Shown: positions 28,891 through 39,536, counted from the first letter of the stretch. The stretch: 64,000 bases of DNA from an uncultured Chloroflexia bacterium (GCA_963765765.1 CAVXYC010000002.1:96001-160000), one strand, 5' to 3'. The notes: a model not told the origin generated them from the sequence alone. Numbers and translations: made by a program.

Positions 28891-29554
28891 GCATCACAAC
28901 GAACAGCATAGCGACACCGATCCCAGCGCCTTCTTTACGCAGGAATTCTGGGATGAGCGCTATAGCTCCGCGCCCATGATCTGGAGCGGGAATCCGAACA
29001 TTCGCCTCGTTGAGCAAGCGTCGGGCCTTACTCCTGGAGCTGCGCTGGACGTTGGGAGTGGCGAAGGGGCCGACGCCATCTGGCTGGCCTCTCTAGGCTG
29101 GCGCGTCACCGGAGTCGATGTGTCGACCGTGGCGCTGGAGCGATCCGCGATGCGGGCTGCCGAGGCCGGTGCGGAGACTGCAGGGCGTATTACATGGAAG
29201 CAGGCAGACATTCTGACGTGGGAACCGACTCCGAAGCAGTTTGACCTGGTGTCCGCGCAGTTCATGCAGCTGCCGGGCCCAGAGCGTGAGTCGCTGCATC
29301 GCCGACTTGCCGCCGCCGTTCGCCCGGGCGGATCGCTGCTCGTTGTGGGTCACCATCCTTCGGACATGGAGACTTCCGTGCGGCGGCCCAAGGTTCGCGA
29401 TCTGTTTTTCACAGCCGAGCAGATTGCGGAAATCCTGAATCCAGCCGAGTGGGAAATCATCACCGCTGGAGCGCCAGCCCGCGAGACCACGGACCCCGAA
29501 GGACGAACGGTGACGATCCACGATACGGTGTTCCACGCGATGCGTCGGCGATGA
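28877..29554 (+). CDS. Class I SAM-dependent methyltransferase
   Basis: FWDERY...WSGNPN, ALDVGSGEGADAIWLA, FDLVSAQF. Overlaps the oxidoreductase stop. Confidence 0.9.
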   Translation: MSQHEHHNEQHSDTDPSAFFTQEFWDERYSSAPMIWSGNPNIRLVEQASGLTPGAALDVGSGEGADAIWLASLGWRVTGVDVSTVALERSAMRAAEAGAETAGRITWKQADILTWEPTPKQFDLVSAQFMQLPGPERESLHRRLAAAVRPGGSLLVVGHHPSDMETSVRRPKVRDLFFTAEQIAEILNPAEWEIITAGAPARETTDPEGRTVTIHDTVFHAMRRR

Positions 29555-29611
29555 TCGCTCACCTCTCAGGGGACACACCGTCCGCCCGGTTCGTTCGCCC
29601 TTCCGTCCGCC

Positions 29612-29733
29612 TGTCATGCCGAGGCACGAGGGATGACAGGCGGACATCGGTAGCCATTGATGCTGAGTCGCCCACCGCTTCGAGCACGGAGCTCTCCTGA
29701 CCTCCGGGAGATCCCTCGTGCCCCGGCATGACA
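29612..29733. repeat. Palindromic element family B
   Basis: tgtcatgccgaggcacgagggat...atccctcgtgccccggcatgaca, between convergent genes. Confidence 0.75.
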
Positions 29734-29794
29734 CTGCGCCTCGATAGCCGCCGCTGTTCATGGCGTGTTGGTGCGCTCGAGCGCATGGCGTATC

Positions 29795-30542
29795 TCAGGA
29801 CGAGGACAGCAGGTGCGCGAGAAACGCTCGACGGACCTCTGACGCGCCTCGCAAGCTGGGCTCGATGATGTTTGTGTACCAGGAAGGGATCGCCGGTCAG
29901 GAAGTGCGCGTGCAAGTCCACCAGGCTGCCGTAACGGCTCGCTAGCTGCGCGATCTTGTCGTTCATGTTCCGATGGTTTGTTCGGGCCAAGGCCGGGTCT
30001 ACGCCGAGGAAGTTGTTGCGATCGTCTCCGAATGTCGGGTCATAGACATTGCCAATCAGGACGGGGCGGATTGGCAGTGCTCGCAACCAGTCATCAAACG
30101 CTCGAGTGAACGCCTCGATGCCAGGTCCATTGTCTGAAATGAGTCCACCGAGGAGGTCGTTGCCGCCGACGGTTACAAGGGCCACGGCCTGATCATCAAT
30201 CCCCAAGCCCTCCACTTGCCAGGCGAGGCCACGAACGGTGGCTCCGTCGCGCGCTCGATGCTCGAGCCGTGCGGGGCCGCGCGAGCTCAGATCCTGGCCC
30301 CTGAACTCGGGGAAACGCTCATCGTCATTCTGGACGATAAGCTGCCCTGGGTTGAGCCCAAAGCTGTTGTATCGCCCACAATCAAGAATGGAATCTCCAA
30401 ACGTGATGAGCAACATGGTTTCCGCCTCCCGGAATCGGCGCTGAGGATTGCACGCAACCGCGCCGAGAGCCAGCGCTCCCATGAGTAGTCGCCGTCGTGT
30501 AAGCGTGCCTCGTGTCACTACGTCGCGAGCGTGAGCCTGCAC
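29795..30542 (-). CDS. SGNH/GDSL hydrolase, possible Tat lipoprotein, indel near C-terminus
   Basis: TRRRLL...AVAC, FGDSI, TVGGNDL, NVYDP. Removing 1 nt at about 29885 gives ...SWYTNIIEPSLRGASEVRRAFL*. Confidence 0.8.
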
Positions 30543-30577
30543 GATGCGGGCCGCGTGCTCGCCGCGACCTACGGAGC

Positions 30578-31414
30578 CTATATTGGCAAGAACCAGTCGA
30601 GCGCCTCGCGGGCGATGTCTGGCGGAACCGTGTGCGGGCCGTCGAACTCGTGATAGGTCACATCGTAGCCAGCTTGTTTGAGCATTGGGACAATGCGTCG
30701 ACTGCAGGCATCTATCGGCAGCACGCTATCCTTCGTCCCGTGCGAGACATACAGGCGCGGTGAGCCCCGTTGGGCCGCTGGCGAAGCAAAGCCTGGCGAG
30801 AACGCAAGGACATGATTAAAGAGGTCGCCGTTCGTCAGACCGATGGAGAGCGCATACGATGCACCGTCGGAGAAGCCGCCGACTGCCAGGCGGTTCGGGT
30901 CGATGGCGTACTGTTCGAATGCTCTGGTCAACGCCTGGTCAATGAAGTCGATATCGGGGCCGTAATTTCTGACGATCATGTCCCACGTTCTCCCGCGCGA
31001 CGCGGGCGAGAGCAAGATCAAGCCGGTTTCGTCGGCAAAGGTCTGGAGCGGGTAGAGGCCTCCTTGCTCGTTACCACCGGCCCCGTGCAGGCTCAAGACC
31101 AGCGGGGCCGGACGGTCAGGCTGGTACCCGGCCGGGACATAGATGAGAGCATCGCGCCCATCCGCCAGCCCAAGCGGGTGGAGTCCGATGGGTCCCTCTC
31201 TGATCGGCGGGGTTGGCCTGGCCCGGAGCCGCCCATCCTGCGCCGTCTCTCCGTCCGCTCTGCGCACTTGATTCCGTGCCATCTCGATACTTCCTCTTAC
31301 AAGATCAGCGCACGCTGAGCTTAAAAGCGAGCCGATGCCTGCTAGGCCAATAGTGATCAACTGGCGTCGCGTGACCCGTGCACGAACCGACGGAATGAGT
31401 CGGACCACGGACAT
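30578..31414 (-). CDS. Phospholipase/carboxylesterase (alpha/beta hydrolase), Tat lipoprotein
   Basis: TRRQLI...LSSAC, LHGAGG, GFSDGAS, HGTKD, FDGPH. Confidence 0.88.
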   Translation of the reverse strand: MSVVRLIPSVRARVTRRQLITIGLAGIGSLLSSACADLVRGSIEMARNQVRRADGETAQDGRLRARPTPPIREGPIGLHPLGLADGRDALIYVPAGYQPDRPAPLVLSLHGAGGNEQGGLYPLQTFADETGLILLSPASRGRTWDMIVRNYGPDIDFIDQALTRAFEQYAIDPNRLAVGGFSDGASYALSIGLTNGDLFNHVLAFSPGFASPAAQRGSPRLYVSHGTKDSVLPIDACSRRIVPMLKQAGYDVTYHEFDGPHTVPPDIAREALDWFLPI

Positions 31415-31643
31415 GGCACCAGCCTCCAGCTAGCCGAGTACGGCGTGGGGCGCGACGGCAAGCAATGCGCATGCCACGGCTGGTTCTTGCGGGTCTCACT
31501 CGGTGTGAGACGATCGCGAATCGTGGAGTGTAAGAAGCAAGGTCTATCCAGGATGAATGGTGGATGCTCGCCTCCCGGTGGGACGGCTGTTCTACCGGGC
31601 CGGTCCCGGCCTACACTGGTACACGGGCTGCGAGGGATGGTGC

Positions 31644-32396
31644 ATGGAGAATACGCCTCGATACGGGTCAGCTCAGGCGACGGTTCCAGGTGTCGACGAG
31701 AGTTCCGGCGCCGCATCTGAGGTGACTGATGATGCGGGTCAGGCTGCCGCGGCGCTCGTCGGAGAGCACGCTGAGCGCGTTGCCCGATCTACAAACGCCG
31801 TCAATGCCCTGATTCACCTCTATCGGGGGGAGATGGGTCGCATGACGGCGTATCGGACACGACTCGATACGACGACCAATTGGGCCATCACGTCGTCGGC
31901 GTTGATTGGTACCTTCACGTTCGGCAATCAGCAAGTCCCTCACTCCGCGCTGCTGTTCGTGATGCTATTGAACCTGTTCTTTCTGCTCCTGGAAGCACGG
32001 CGATTCCGACACTATGAGACGAGCCGGGCGCGGGTGCAGTTGATGGAGCAAAACTTTTATCCGGAGGTACTGGAGCGGCCGGTGTCGCCTGACTGGACCG
32101 ATCAGCTCCTGAGGAGTCTCTGCCCGACTGAACCTCTGGTAAGTGGCCTGACCGCGGTTGCCTGGCGGGTTCGGCGAAACTATCTCTGGATCTACTCCAT
32201 CATCCTGCTCGCCTGGGTGACAAAGCTGGAGCTGGCTGGTGGACCAGATTTCGAGATAAGCCACTTGTTAGAACAGGCTTCAATCGGCTCGCTTCCGGGC
32301 TGGTTGGTCTGGGTGGTTGTGGCCTGCTTCTACACATGGCTGGTCTTCCTGGCATTGAGCGCCGGGCGGCGGTACTCCGCCCCCGAAGACTGGTAG
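31644..32396 (+). CDS. DUF2270-like membrane protein
   Basis: LIHLYRGEMGR..YRTRLDTTTNWAI, LEARRFR, RVRRNYLWI. Confidence 0.8.
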   Translation: MENTPRYGSAQATVPGVDESSGAASEVTDDAGQAAAALVGEHAERVARSTNAVNALIHLYRGEMGRMTAYRTRLDTTTNWAITSSALIGTFTFGNQQVPHSALLFVMLLNLFFLLLEARRFRHYETSRARVQLMEQNFYPEVLERPVSPDWTDQLLRSLCPTEPLVSGLTAVAWRVRRNYLWIYSIILLAWVTKLELAGGPDFEISHLLEQASIGSLPGWLVWVVVACFYTWLVFLALSAGRRYSAPEDW

Positions 32397-32685
32397 CTCA
32401 GCGCGCCATGACTAATGGCACGCTCCCTGCTTTCGGCTCGGCGTTGCCAAACTAAGTCCCTCTTTCCCTACGCGAACGGGATGCCAGCGGAGAGGGAGCC
32501 CCGAGCGGAATGCTTGTCTGGCCCACGTTTGCGTCCGGCGCTGTGTCAATTCGCGCAAACGCGTAGTGTCGCTCTGCAAGCCCCGTCGCCTTGGTGCCGA
32601 CTGCTCTCAGTGGTGTGCAGCGCTTTGGCGGGAGGAAACACAACGTACTGGTTCGGACAATAAAAACCTCAAAACGGAGCCCGCC

Positions 32686-34491
32686 TTGTTTGGTGAGCTG
32701 AGCGCTCAGCAGATGACCTTTCTCGTTATTCTGGTTCTGTCCTTCGGACTGCTTATTACCGAGTGGCTGCGTCCGGATATTGCGGCCGTGTTGATAGTCC
32801 TGGCCCTCGCCATAACCGGGGTACTCGAGCCGACCGAGGCGCTGAGCGGCTTTTCAAGCGAGCCGGCGATCGTCGTGGCAGGCATCTTTGTGCTCAGCGC
32901 GGGCCTTCATCAGACGGGCCTATCAGACATCGTCAGCAACTGGATTGGCCGACTGGCCGGGGGTGGCTGGGCGCGCGTGGTGATGGTGATCATGCCCGCG
33001 GTAGCTCTATTCTCGGCCTTCACTCATCACCTGACCACCACGGCAGTCATGCTGCCAGTGACCATGCAGCTTTCACGGGAGCGCGACATTGCACCGTCAA
33101 AACTCTTGATGCCACTCTCGTTCGCTGCCTCGTTGGGAACCAGCATCACAATCATTGGGGCGCCAGCCTTCCTGATTGCGAGCTTGGTGCTGCAGCAGTC
33201 GGGAAGACCCGGCCTTGGCATCTTCTCAATCGCTCCGATTGGACTCGCGCTCTCAGCCGTTGGCACGCTTTTCGTGCTGCTCTTCGGTCGCTTTTTGCTG
33301 CCGGATCGGCGGGGCGGAGAGGACGGCTCGGATCGATTCCGCCTGGGCGAGTATCACACCGAGATCGCGGTACTGAAGGATTCACCTCTCCAGGACAAGA
33401 CCGTCCAGCAGGTTCAGGAGGATGACCGGTACGGGTTCAAGGTACTCACGCTGATCCGGCGGGGTCAGGAGGTAGACGGAGCGTCGAATGAACGGCTTCA
33501 GGCGGGCGATGTACTGCTGGCCCGAGCACCGGCCGATGACATCGTCACCCTACGGCTGGAGCCGGGTGTCGAGCTGCATCCGGTTGAGCAATACAGGCCG
33601 CCCAAGCAGAAGAACGGTTACTCAGAGAATGATCCGACAGAGAAGCTGGTGCAGGTTGTGGTAGCGCCGCGGTCAGAGCTGATCGGCCAAACGATTAGCG
33701 AGATCGATTTTCGCCGCCGCTACGGCGCGGTCGTGGTGGCGCTGTGGCGACGTGACTCACAGCCGCGCGAAGAGATGGCGCACCTTGCATTGCGTGAGGG
33801 CGATGTTCTGGTGCTCCAGGGTGAAGACGACGAGCTGGAGCGTGTTTCGGAGGATCGTGCGTTCCTGATGATGGTGCCCTTCCACGGCGAGGCGCGGTCG
33901 CGAAGCAAAGCACCAATCGCCGGTGCAATCGTTCTCGCAACGATTCTTGCGGCAGCGTTCAACGTGTTGAGCATCGAGATAGCGGGGCTGGCCGGTGCGG
34001 CGGCGATGGTCCTTTTACGTTGCGTCACCACCAATCAGGCCTATCGTGCCATTGATACGCGTATCTTCGTCTTTATAGCGGGTGCCATCCCGCTCGGCCA
34101 GGCAATGAGCAAGACAGGCACGGCAGAGCTGTTAGGCCGATGGCTCCAAAGCTTCCTCAGCGGGATGCACGAGGTGGTGCTCTTACTGGCGTTGTTCTGG
34201 GTGGTCGCCGTGCTCACTCAGTTCATGTCTGATTCCGCCACCACTGCCATCTTCGGCCCAGTAGCCGCGGCGCTGGCCGTGGCGCTCGGTCGGCCACCGG
34301 AGGCTTACGTGGTTACCGTTGCCATGGCATCAGTAGTAGCGTTCCTGACACCGATCGGTCACCACGGAAATCTCCTGATCTACGGTCCGGGACGGTACCA
34401 GTTCCGCGACTTCGTCAAGGTCGGGACGCCCCTGACGGTGCTTGCCAGCCTCGTGGTAGCGTTTATGGCCCCGATGATCTGGCGAACTTGA
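32686..34491 (+). CDS. SLC13/CitMHS-type permease with two TrkA-C domains
   Basis: Multiple TM helices, PSKLLMPLSFA..LG...TIIG, two RCK_C segments, FLTPIGHHGN..IYGPG.Y.F.DF.KVG. Confidence 0.9.
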   Translation: MFGELSAQQMTFLVILVLSFGLLITEWLRPDIAAVLIVLALAITGVLEPTEALSGFSSEPAIVVAGIFVLSAGLHQTGLSDIVSNWIGRLAGGGWARVVMVIMPAVALFSAFTHHLTTTAVMLPVTMQLSRERDIAPSKLLMPLSFAASLGTSITIIGAPAFLIASLVLQQSGRPGLGIFSIAPIGLALSAVGTLFVLLFGRFLLPDRRGGEDGSDRFRLGEYHTEIAVLKDSPLQDKTVQQVQEDDRYGFKVLTLIRRGQEVDGASNERLQAGDVLLARAPADDIVTLRLEPGVELHPVEQYRPPKQKNGYSENDPTEKLVQVVVAPRSELIGQTISEIDFRRRYGAVVVALWRRDSQPREEMAHLALREGDVLVLQGEDDELERVSEDRAFLMMVPFHGEARSRSKAPIAGAIVLATILAAAFNVLSIEIAGLAGAAAMVLLRCVTTNQAYRAIDTRIFVFIAGAIPLGQAMSKTGTAELLGRWLQSFLSGMHEVVLLLALFWVVAVLTQFMSDSATTAIFGPVAAALAVALGRPPEAYVVTVAMASVVAFLTPIGHHGNLLIYGPGRYQFRDFVKVGTPLTVLASLVVAFMAPMIWRT

Positions 34492-34651
34492 CGCGGGCGG
34501 CGGAATCGAAGTGTGGTTGTTCCATCACTGGTCCGGAGGCTAACAAGTGAGAACGCAATCTGGACGCATCGTGTTCTGACTTCTCGGGCCGGTGGAGCGG
34601 CAGGCCGGTGAATCACCGACCAAGGGCTTCGCGTCAACCCGGCCGGTAATT

Positions 34652-36010
34652 TCAAGCACCGTTAATCGCAAACCTCAACGCCGTATGATTCAGCGTACCC
34701 GGGAGTGGCTCGTCCGGACGCAGGCGGCCGGGTGATAGAAGGCCAATCGTTCGGCCGTCGATCATTGCGCTCAACATGGCGGCGGCCATCATGAGAACGA
34801 GGTCGCGTCCGGGGCAAACCGCCGGGCCAGCGCTGAAGGGGACGAGCGGCCATCCATCAGCCGACTCGTTATCGAGCCACAGATCGGGTGTGAAACGATC
34901 GGCGAAGGGCAGACGAGCGTCGTCTCGATGAAAAAATGGTGCGAATATCGCAATACCGGTGCCCGCCGGAAGTGTCCCCGTTTCCCAGTGTGTTTCGGCG
35001 GTGGTCTGGCGCAGAATGATGGGCGTCGTGGGCCACAGGCGGACTGATTCGAGGACGCACGCTCGCAGATATGCCTGATCGTGGCGCGGCGACGAGTCGG
35101 AGCCGCGCATAGCCACTTGAGCCCGCTCGGCCGCGACTGGATGGGTGGCAAGTAGCGCCAGCGTCCGAAAGGTAGCAATCGCTCCGGCGTCAAATGCAAA
35201 CAGCCAATGAGCCACCTGGTCCGCAGGGGCCGCGGTCGCGGATCCCGGCACGGCCGCGATGACCTCGGCCAGGCTGCCGGCCTCTGCTCGATCGAGGTAC
35301 CGCTGCAATCGTCGATAGAAACGCTGTCGAAGTCGCGTCCGACGTGGCTTGAGGAACGCCCAGTTCGCGTCGGAGCGCAGCCGCGCAAGCATGTCAACGA
35401 GCTGCGCGTCATCGCGGGCATCCCTGCCCAGCACCACCCGCCGTACCGCGCGGAACCACGCGTCGATGAATGGATTCCAGGTGAGCTCTCCGAGATTCTG
35501 CACTTCGGCAAGCAGGCATTCTGCCTCCTCTGCAACCGCCGTAAAGAAGCTCTCAGCCAACCGATGGTAGGGTTGACCAAGCCCCAGCACTGTCTCGTTG
35601 AATTGGCGCCGTTCGGCCCGTTCCGGCCCCTGCGAGGTCAGCACGCTCCTCGGCTGGAAGTGCGCCAGGGAAGCTCGCTTCTCATCGGCCGCGGCTGCGA
35701 ATGGCTCCGGAGTCTCTGTAAGGATCCTGCGGACGTGCTCAGGAGAGAGCACCAGGGCCCGGGGCCATCGTGATGGGGTGCGAAGGAGCAGCGGCCCGGT
35801 CCCGTACGTGTCCCGGAGCCGCTGCATACGATGCACGGCGCGTCGATCGAGATCGAGCCGCTCGGCCACCGCTACGACGGTCGGCCGGCGGATGATTACT
35901 CCGCGGGAAATGACAGGCACCAGCACTTCAGTGAAGACGGCCAGCGTCTCTCGCAGCGTGGCTCTCGGCACCAGCGCGTTCTCGGTAGATCTCGATGCTA
36001 CTGCCATCAT
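34652..36010 (-). CDS. Cytochrome P450 (atypical I-helix)
   Basis: ExxR (ESVRLWP), F.PD.W meander, heme ligand PFSAGPAVCPG. Confidence 0.88.
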   Translation of the reverse strand: MMAVASRSTENALVPRATLRETLAVFTEVLVPVISRGVIIRRPTVVAVAERLDLDRRAVHRMQRLRDTYGTGPLLLRTPSRWPRALVLSPEHVRRILTETPEPFAAAADEKRASLAHFQPRSVLTSQGPERAERRQFNETVLGLGQPYHRLAESFFTAVAEEAECLLAEVQNLGELTWNPFIDAWFRAVRRVVLGRDARDDAQLVDMLARLRSDANWAFLKPRRTRLRQRFYRRLQRYLDRAEAGSLAEVIAAVPGSATAAPADQVAHWLFAFDAGAIATFRTLALLATHPVAAERAQVAMRGSDSSPRHDQAYLRACVLESVRLWPTTPIILRQTTAETHWETGTLPAGTGIAIFAPFFHRDDARLPFADRFTPDLWLDNESADGWPLVPFSAGPAVCPGRDLVLMMAAAMLSAMIDGRTIGLLSPGRLRPDEPLPGTLNHTALRFAINGA

Positions 36011-36108
36011 CGCTCCCCTGGACCAACGGGTGCCCTGCGGGAGGCAACATCCGAGCCAGGAGTGACGGTCCTGTGCGTAGGGGCCGTGGGCGTGCAGCCC
36101 AGCGCTAT

Positions 36109-36263
36109 CCCTGGGACCGCGGGCGTCCCTCGAATTTTCGGGCTCCGTACAGTTCACCGAGGTCCGGTAACGGCGGGCATCGTGCCCGCCGTTACCGGAC
36201 CTGAGATCACGCGATGCGGCCTCGACGGACGCGGGTACGGGCGGGACGCCCGTGGTCCCAGGG
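36109..36263. repeat. Nested palindromic element (family C-related outer arms, perfect inner hairpin)
   Basis: Outer ccctgggaccgcgggcgtccc/gggacgcccgtggtcccaggg. Inner perfect 20-bp arms at 36160-36202. Confidence 0.75.
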
Positions 36264-36268
36264 GCGCC

Positions 36269-37953
36269 TTACTTCTCCAACCAGGTGCTCTCCACGGGCC
36301 AGAAACCTGTCCCTGAGTGCGCCGCGAAGTTCTTTACATAGGGCTGCACGGCGCGGTAGATAACTGGCGTGTAAGTGGCCAGACCCATCGCATGCTCCGT
36401 CGTGTAGCGGACCGCCTCGCGTACGATCTCGCGCCTTTTCGCCGTATCCGGCTCGCTCCGTTGCGCCTCCAGCAAGCGGGTCACATTGGGGTCATCGACG
36501 CCGTAGTAGTTGCGCTGGGAGGCCGGGTGAAACGATAGATAGAGATAGGAGTCCACATCCGGCTGCACGCTGACGCCGCGCAGTGTGATGTCATAGGTAT
36601 CGCGACGCGTCCGTTCCAGATATGCGGGCAGATCCATGGACTTCAATTCCAAGTTGATGCCGACCTTCTTGAGCTGGCTCTGGAAGAGCTGCATCTCCAG
36701 GATGTACCCCTCGCCGAAGCCATTCCCGGGATAGAGGAACTCCAGGTTCAGGCCGTTGGCGTGGCCGGCCTCGGTGAGGAGTCGGCGTGACTCGTTGAGA
36801 TCGGTCTTGAGCATCTGACGCACTTCGTCCTGGCTGAATGTGTCCGGAAAAGCACCGTAGAGTGACCAGGAGCCCTTGCCGCCGGAGAATGTCTGGATGA
36901 ATTCGTCCCGATCTATCGCGAGTGAGATCGCCTTACGCACGCGCTCATCGTTCAGAGGGGGCCGCCGCTCGTTCATATAGATCGCCTGAGCGGCAAGGCT
37001 CTGCTGCGGCATCAGTACCACGTCCGGCGACTCGCGCTTGAACTGCTCGGCCTCCTGGAACGTCATCGTGGTCGTCATATCAAGCTGCTTCGTCTTGAAC
37101 GCGTTACTGATGCTCGCCAGGTCGCGGATGATAAGCCAGCGGATCTCATCCAGGTACGGCTTGCCTTGCTCCCAGTAGTTGGGATTCTTCTTCCAGATCC
37201 AACGTGAGCCTTTTTGCGATGACGCGACGTCGAGCTGGAAGGGGCCGCTGCCAACGATGCGATTGGCAAAGCTGCCGTCCTCGTCATAGATCTCACGCGC
37301 CAGAATCGGATTGTTAAAGGCGGCCGCGTAACTGAGAAATGGCGCGAACGATTTGGAGAAAGAGATCTTTACTGTCAGTGGATCAGGCGTCTCGATGCGC
37401 TCCATGCCTTCGAAGTAGGAAGCGAATTGAGCGGGCGGAAGCCCCTTGTCCTTGAACTCTCCCGTTCGCGACCAGTACTCGTAGCTGAACTTCACATCGG
37501 CAGACGTAAGGTCACGCCCATTCACCGGCGGAAGATTGGCGAATTTGAGTCCTTTGCGGAGATAGAAGGTGTAGCTGCGTGCGTCCGGAGAAACTTCCCA
37601 GCGTTCAGCCAGAGCCGGCTCGATCTCCAGCTCGCCAAACCCCACGTCAGGTCCATGCTTGAACCTGAGCAGACTGTCGTAGGCAAGTCCCGTTGCATGA
37701 AGTGCCCCTCGCTGCACGCCCGTGAGACTCATATCGAAGCTTGATGGGTCGTTGACCTCTTCGACGATGAGCGTTCCACCGCGCCGCGGCTCACCAGGGC
37801 CGCAGATGCGGCAGGTTGGACGGATTGCTGGCCCGCGCTACACGCGGCAAGCAGGAGTGAGATGAGCCCAATCAATGATTGAGCGGCGAATCGATTGGGC
37901 ACTGCGGGGTGCCGGGCCGTGTCTCGTACTGGGGTCGACCTGTGTCCGTGCAT
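36269..37953 (-). CDS. ABC transporter family 5 (peptide/nickel) substrate-binding lipoprotein, frameshift near the N-terminus
   Basis: Lipobox LLLAAC in ORF 37729-37989. PALAERWEVSPD..YTFYLRKG, GSGPF, KNPNYW..GKPYLD, RVRKAISLAIDR. Confidence 0.88.
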
Positions 37954-38073
37954 GGAAGACTGAACCTCCGCGCTAGAGATGATCACCATGTGCCGAGTTG
38001 TGAGCGACCGATCCCAGCACGATAAGCCGCTGGCGTCTGGCCGTCAACGTCTCCAATGCATCGGCGCAAAACT

Positions 38074-38193
38074 GGGATCGCCGACATCCTGCCGCCCGGC
38101 CCTGGGGGTCGCCTCGTGGTCACCACAGCCACTGGAGTCCAAGGCATCTTCCGGCGGCCCTCGGGGGCCGGGCCGACAGGATGTCGGCGGTCC
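38074..38193. repeat. REPIN-like palindrome family C
   Basis: gggatcgccgacatcctgccgcccggccc...gggccgggccgacaggatgtcggcggtcc. Arms nearly identical to 60556-60692. Confidence 0.8.
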
Positions 38194-38219
38194 AAGTCAG
38201 TCTCAACGCGTGAAGTGCA

Positions 38220-38249
38220 TTGACAGGCAAGTGAATACTTGCCTATAGT
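38220..38249 (+). promoter_or_regulatory. Sigma70 promoter with overlapping ArsR-type operator
   Basis: TTGACA (38220) - 18 nt - TATAGT (38244). Palindrome AGGCAAGT-GAAT-ACTTGCCT at 38225-38244. Confidence 0.8.
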
Positions 38250-38256
38250 GAACACT

Positions 38257-38529
38257 GTGAGCGACGTCTACAAGGCGATCGCGGATGAGACCCGCCGAAT
38301 TATTCTGGACGAGCTTACCGAGCGAAACGGTCAGACTCTGTTCGAAATTTGTGCGCGGCTCGCCACGAAGCACCAGCTTGCGCTCACGCGGCAAGCTATC
38401 TCACAGCATCTTGCGGTATTGGAGGAGGCAGGGCTCGTGAGTACTCGCCGCGAGGGTCGATATAAGTTCCACTACCTTGATACAGAACCAATCGAGATCA
38501 TCGTGAAACGATGGCTTAACAAACCGTGA
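38257..38529 (+). CDS. ArsR/SmtB family regulator (likely leaderless GTG start)
   Basis: YKAIADETRRIIL, TRQAISQHLAVLEEAGLV..RREGR. Confidence 0.92.
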   Translation: MSDVYKAIADETRRIILDELTERNGQTLFEICARLATKHQLALTRQAISQHLAVLEEAGLVSTRREGRYKFHYLDTEPIEIIVKRWLNKP

Positions 38530-38542
38530 GGCTTGAATCGAC

Positions 38543-38953
38543 ATGCGAATGTTGATCAGTAGCGTCCTGGTGGACGATCAGGAAAAGGCGCTCGACTTCT
38601 ATACCACCAAGCTGGGATTCATCAAGAAGACCGATATCCCGCTGGGTCAGTACCGTTGGCTCACCGTTGTGTCACCGGAAGACATGGATGGACACGAGCT
38701 GGTTCTAGAGCCCGATCAGCACCCGGCGGCAAAGCAGTTCAAGGCCGCGTTGCTGGAGGACGGTATCCCAAGTCGATCGTTTGCCTGCGATGACGTGGAA
38801 CGTGTGTACGAGCGCCTTGTAAATGAGGGTGTCACTTTCACTCAGCCGCCAACTGAAATGGGGCCCGCGACGATGGCTGTCCTGGACGACACCTGCGGAA
38901 ACTTGATTCAGATCGCCAGCCTAGCAGCCAAGTCGGAGCACGGTAACAACTGA
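38543..38953 (+). CDS. VOC/glyoxalase family protein
   Basis: VDDQEKALDFYT.KLGF, RWLTV, GVTFTQPP, DDTCGNLIQ. Confidence 0.92.
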   Translation: MRMLISSVLVDDQEKALDFYTTKLGFIKKTDIPLGQYRWLTVVSPEDMDGHELVLEPDQHPAAKQFKAALLEDGIPSRSFACDDVERVYERLVNEGVTFTQPPTEMGPATMAVLDDTCGNLIQIASLAAKSEHGNN

Positions 38954-38965
38954 GGAAAGCGAGAC

Positions 38966-39536
38966 ATGGGCGAACGTGAGCAAGCACTTCTCGAAGAAAT
39001 CGCGTCCACTGAACGCGAGCAGCAAGGTGCAGCGTACAGGGAGCTACTAGAGCTCACCTCGAAGCCCGTCGACTGGGCATACCAGGCGTGGGACCAGCTG
39101 TTCGCGGCGCTCCGATCCAGGGACAATCGACTTCGTTCGATCGCAGCTCAGCTCATCTCGAACCTCGCGGCACGAAGCGATCCCGAAGGGCGCATCCTGA
39201 ATGGAGCTTCCGGATCTCCTGGCCGTCACTCACGATGAGAAGTTCGTCACCGCTCGACATGCGCTTCAGTCGCTCTGGGTCATTGGGCTCGCCGGGGATG
39301 CGCAGCGGTCGGTCATTGTAGAAAGCTTCGCGACGCGATTCGACGAGGCGGGCTCGGAGAAGAACGGCAGACTCGTCCGCTATGACATTATCGAGGCGCT
39401 CCGAAAGCTGTTTAACAAGACGGGGGATGACGCCATCGAACGTCGATCGCTCGAGCTCATCGCGACAGAGCTCGACGAGAAGCATCGCAAGAAATACAGC
39501 GCAGTCTGGCGCGACCGGCTGGATGCCCGGCGGTAG
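38966..39536 (+). CDS. Hypothetical alpha-helical (HEAT-like) protein, frameshift at about 39200
   Basis: ORFs 38966-39238 and 39201-39536 join into one helical protein (PVDWAY..WD, DN..RSIAAQ, DEKFVTARH.LQSLW). Confidence 0.7.
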
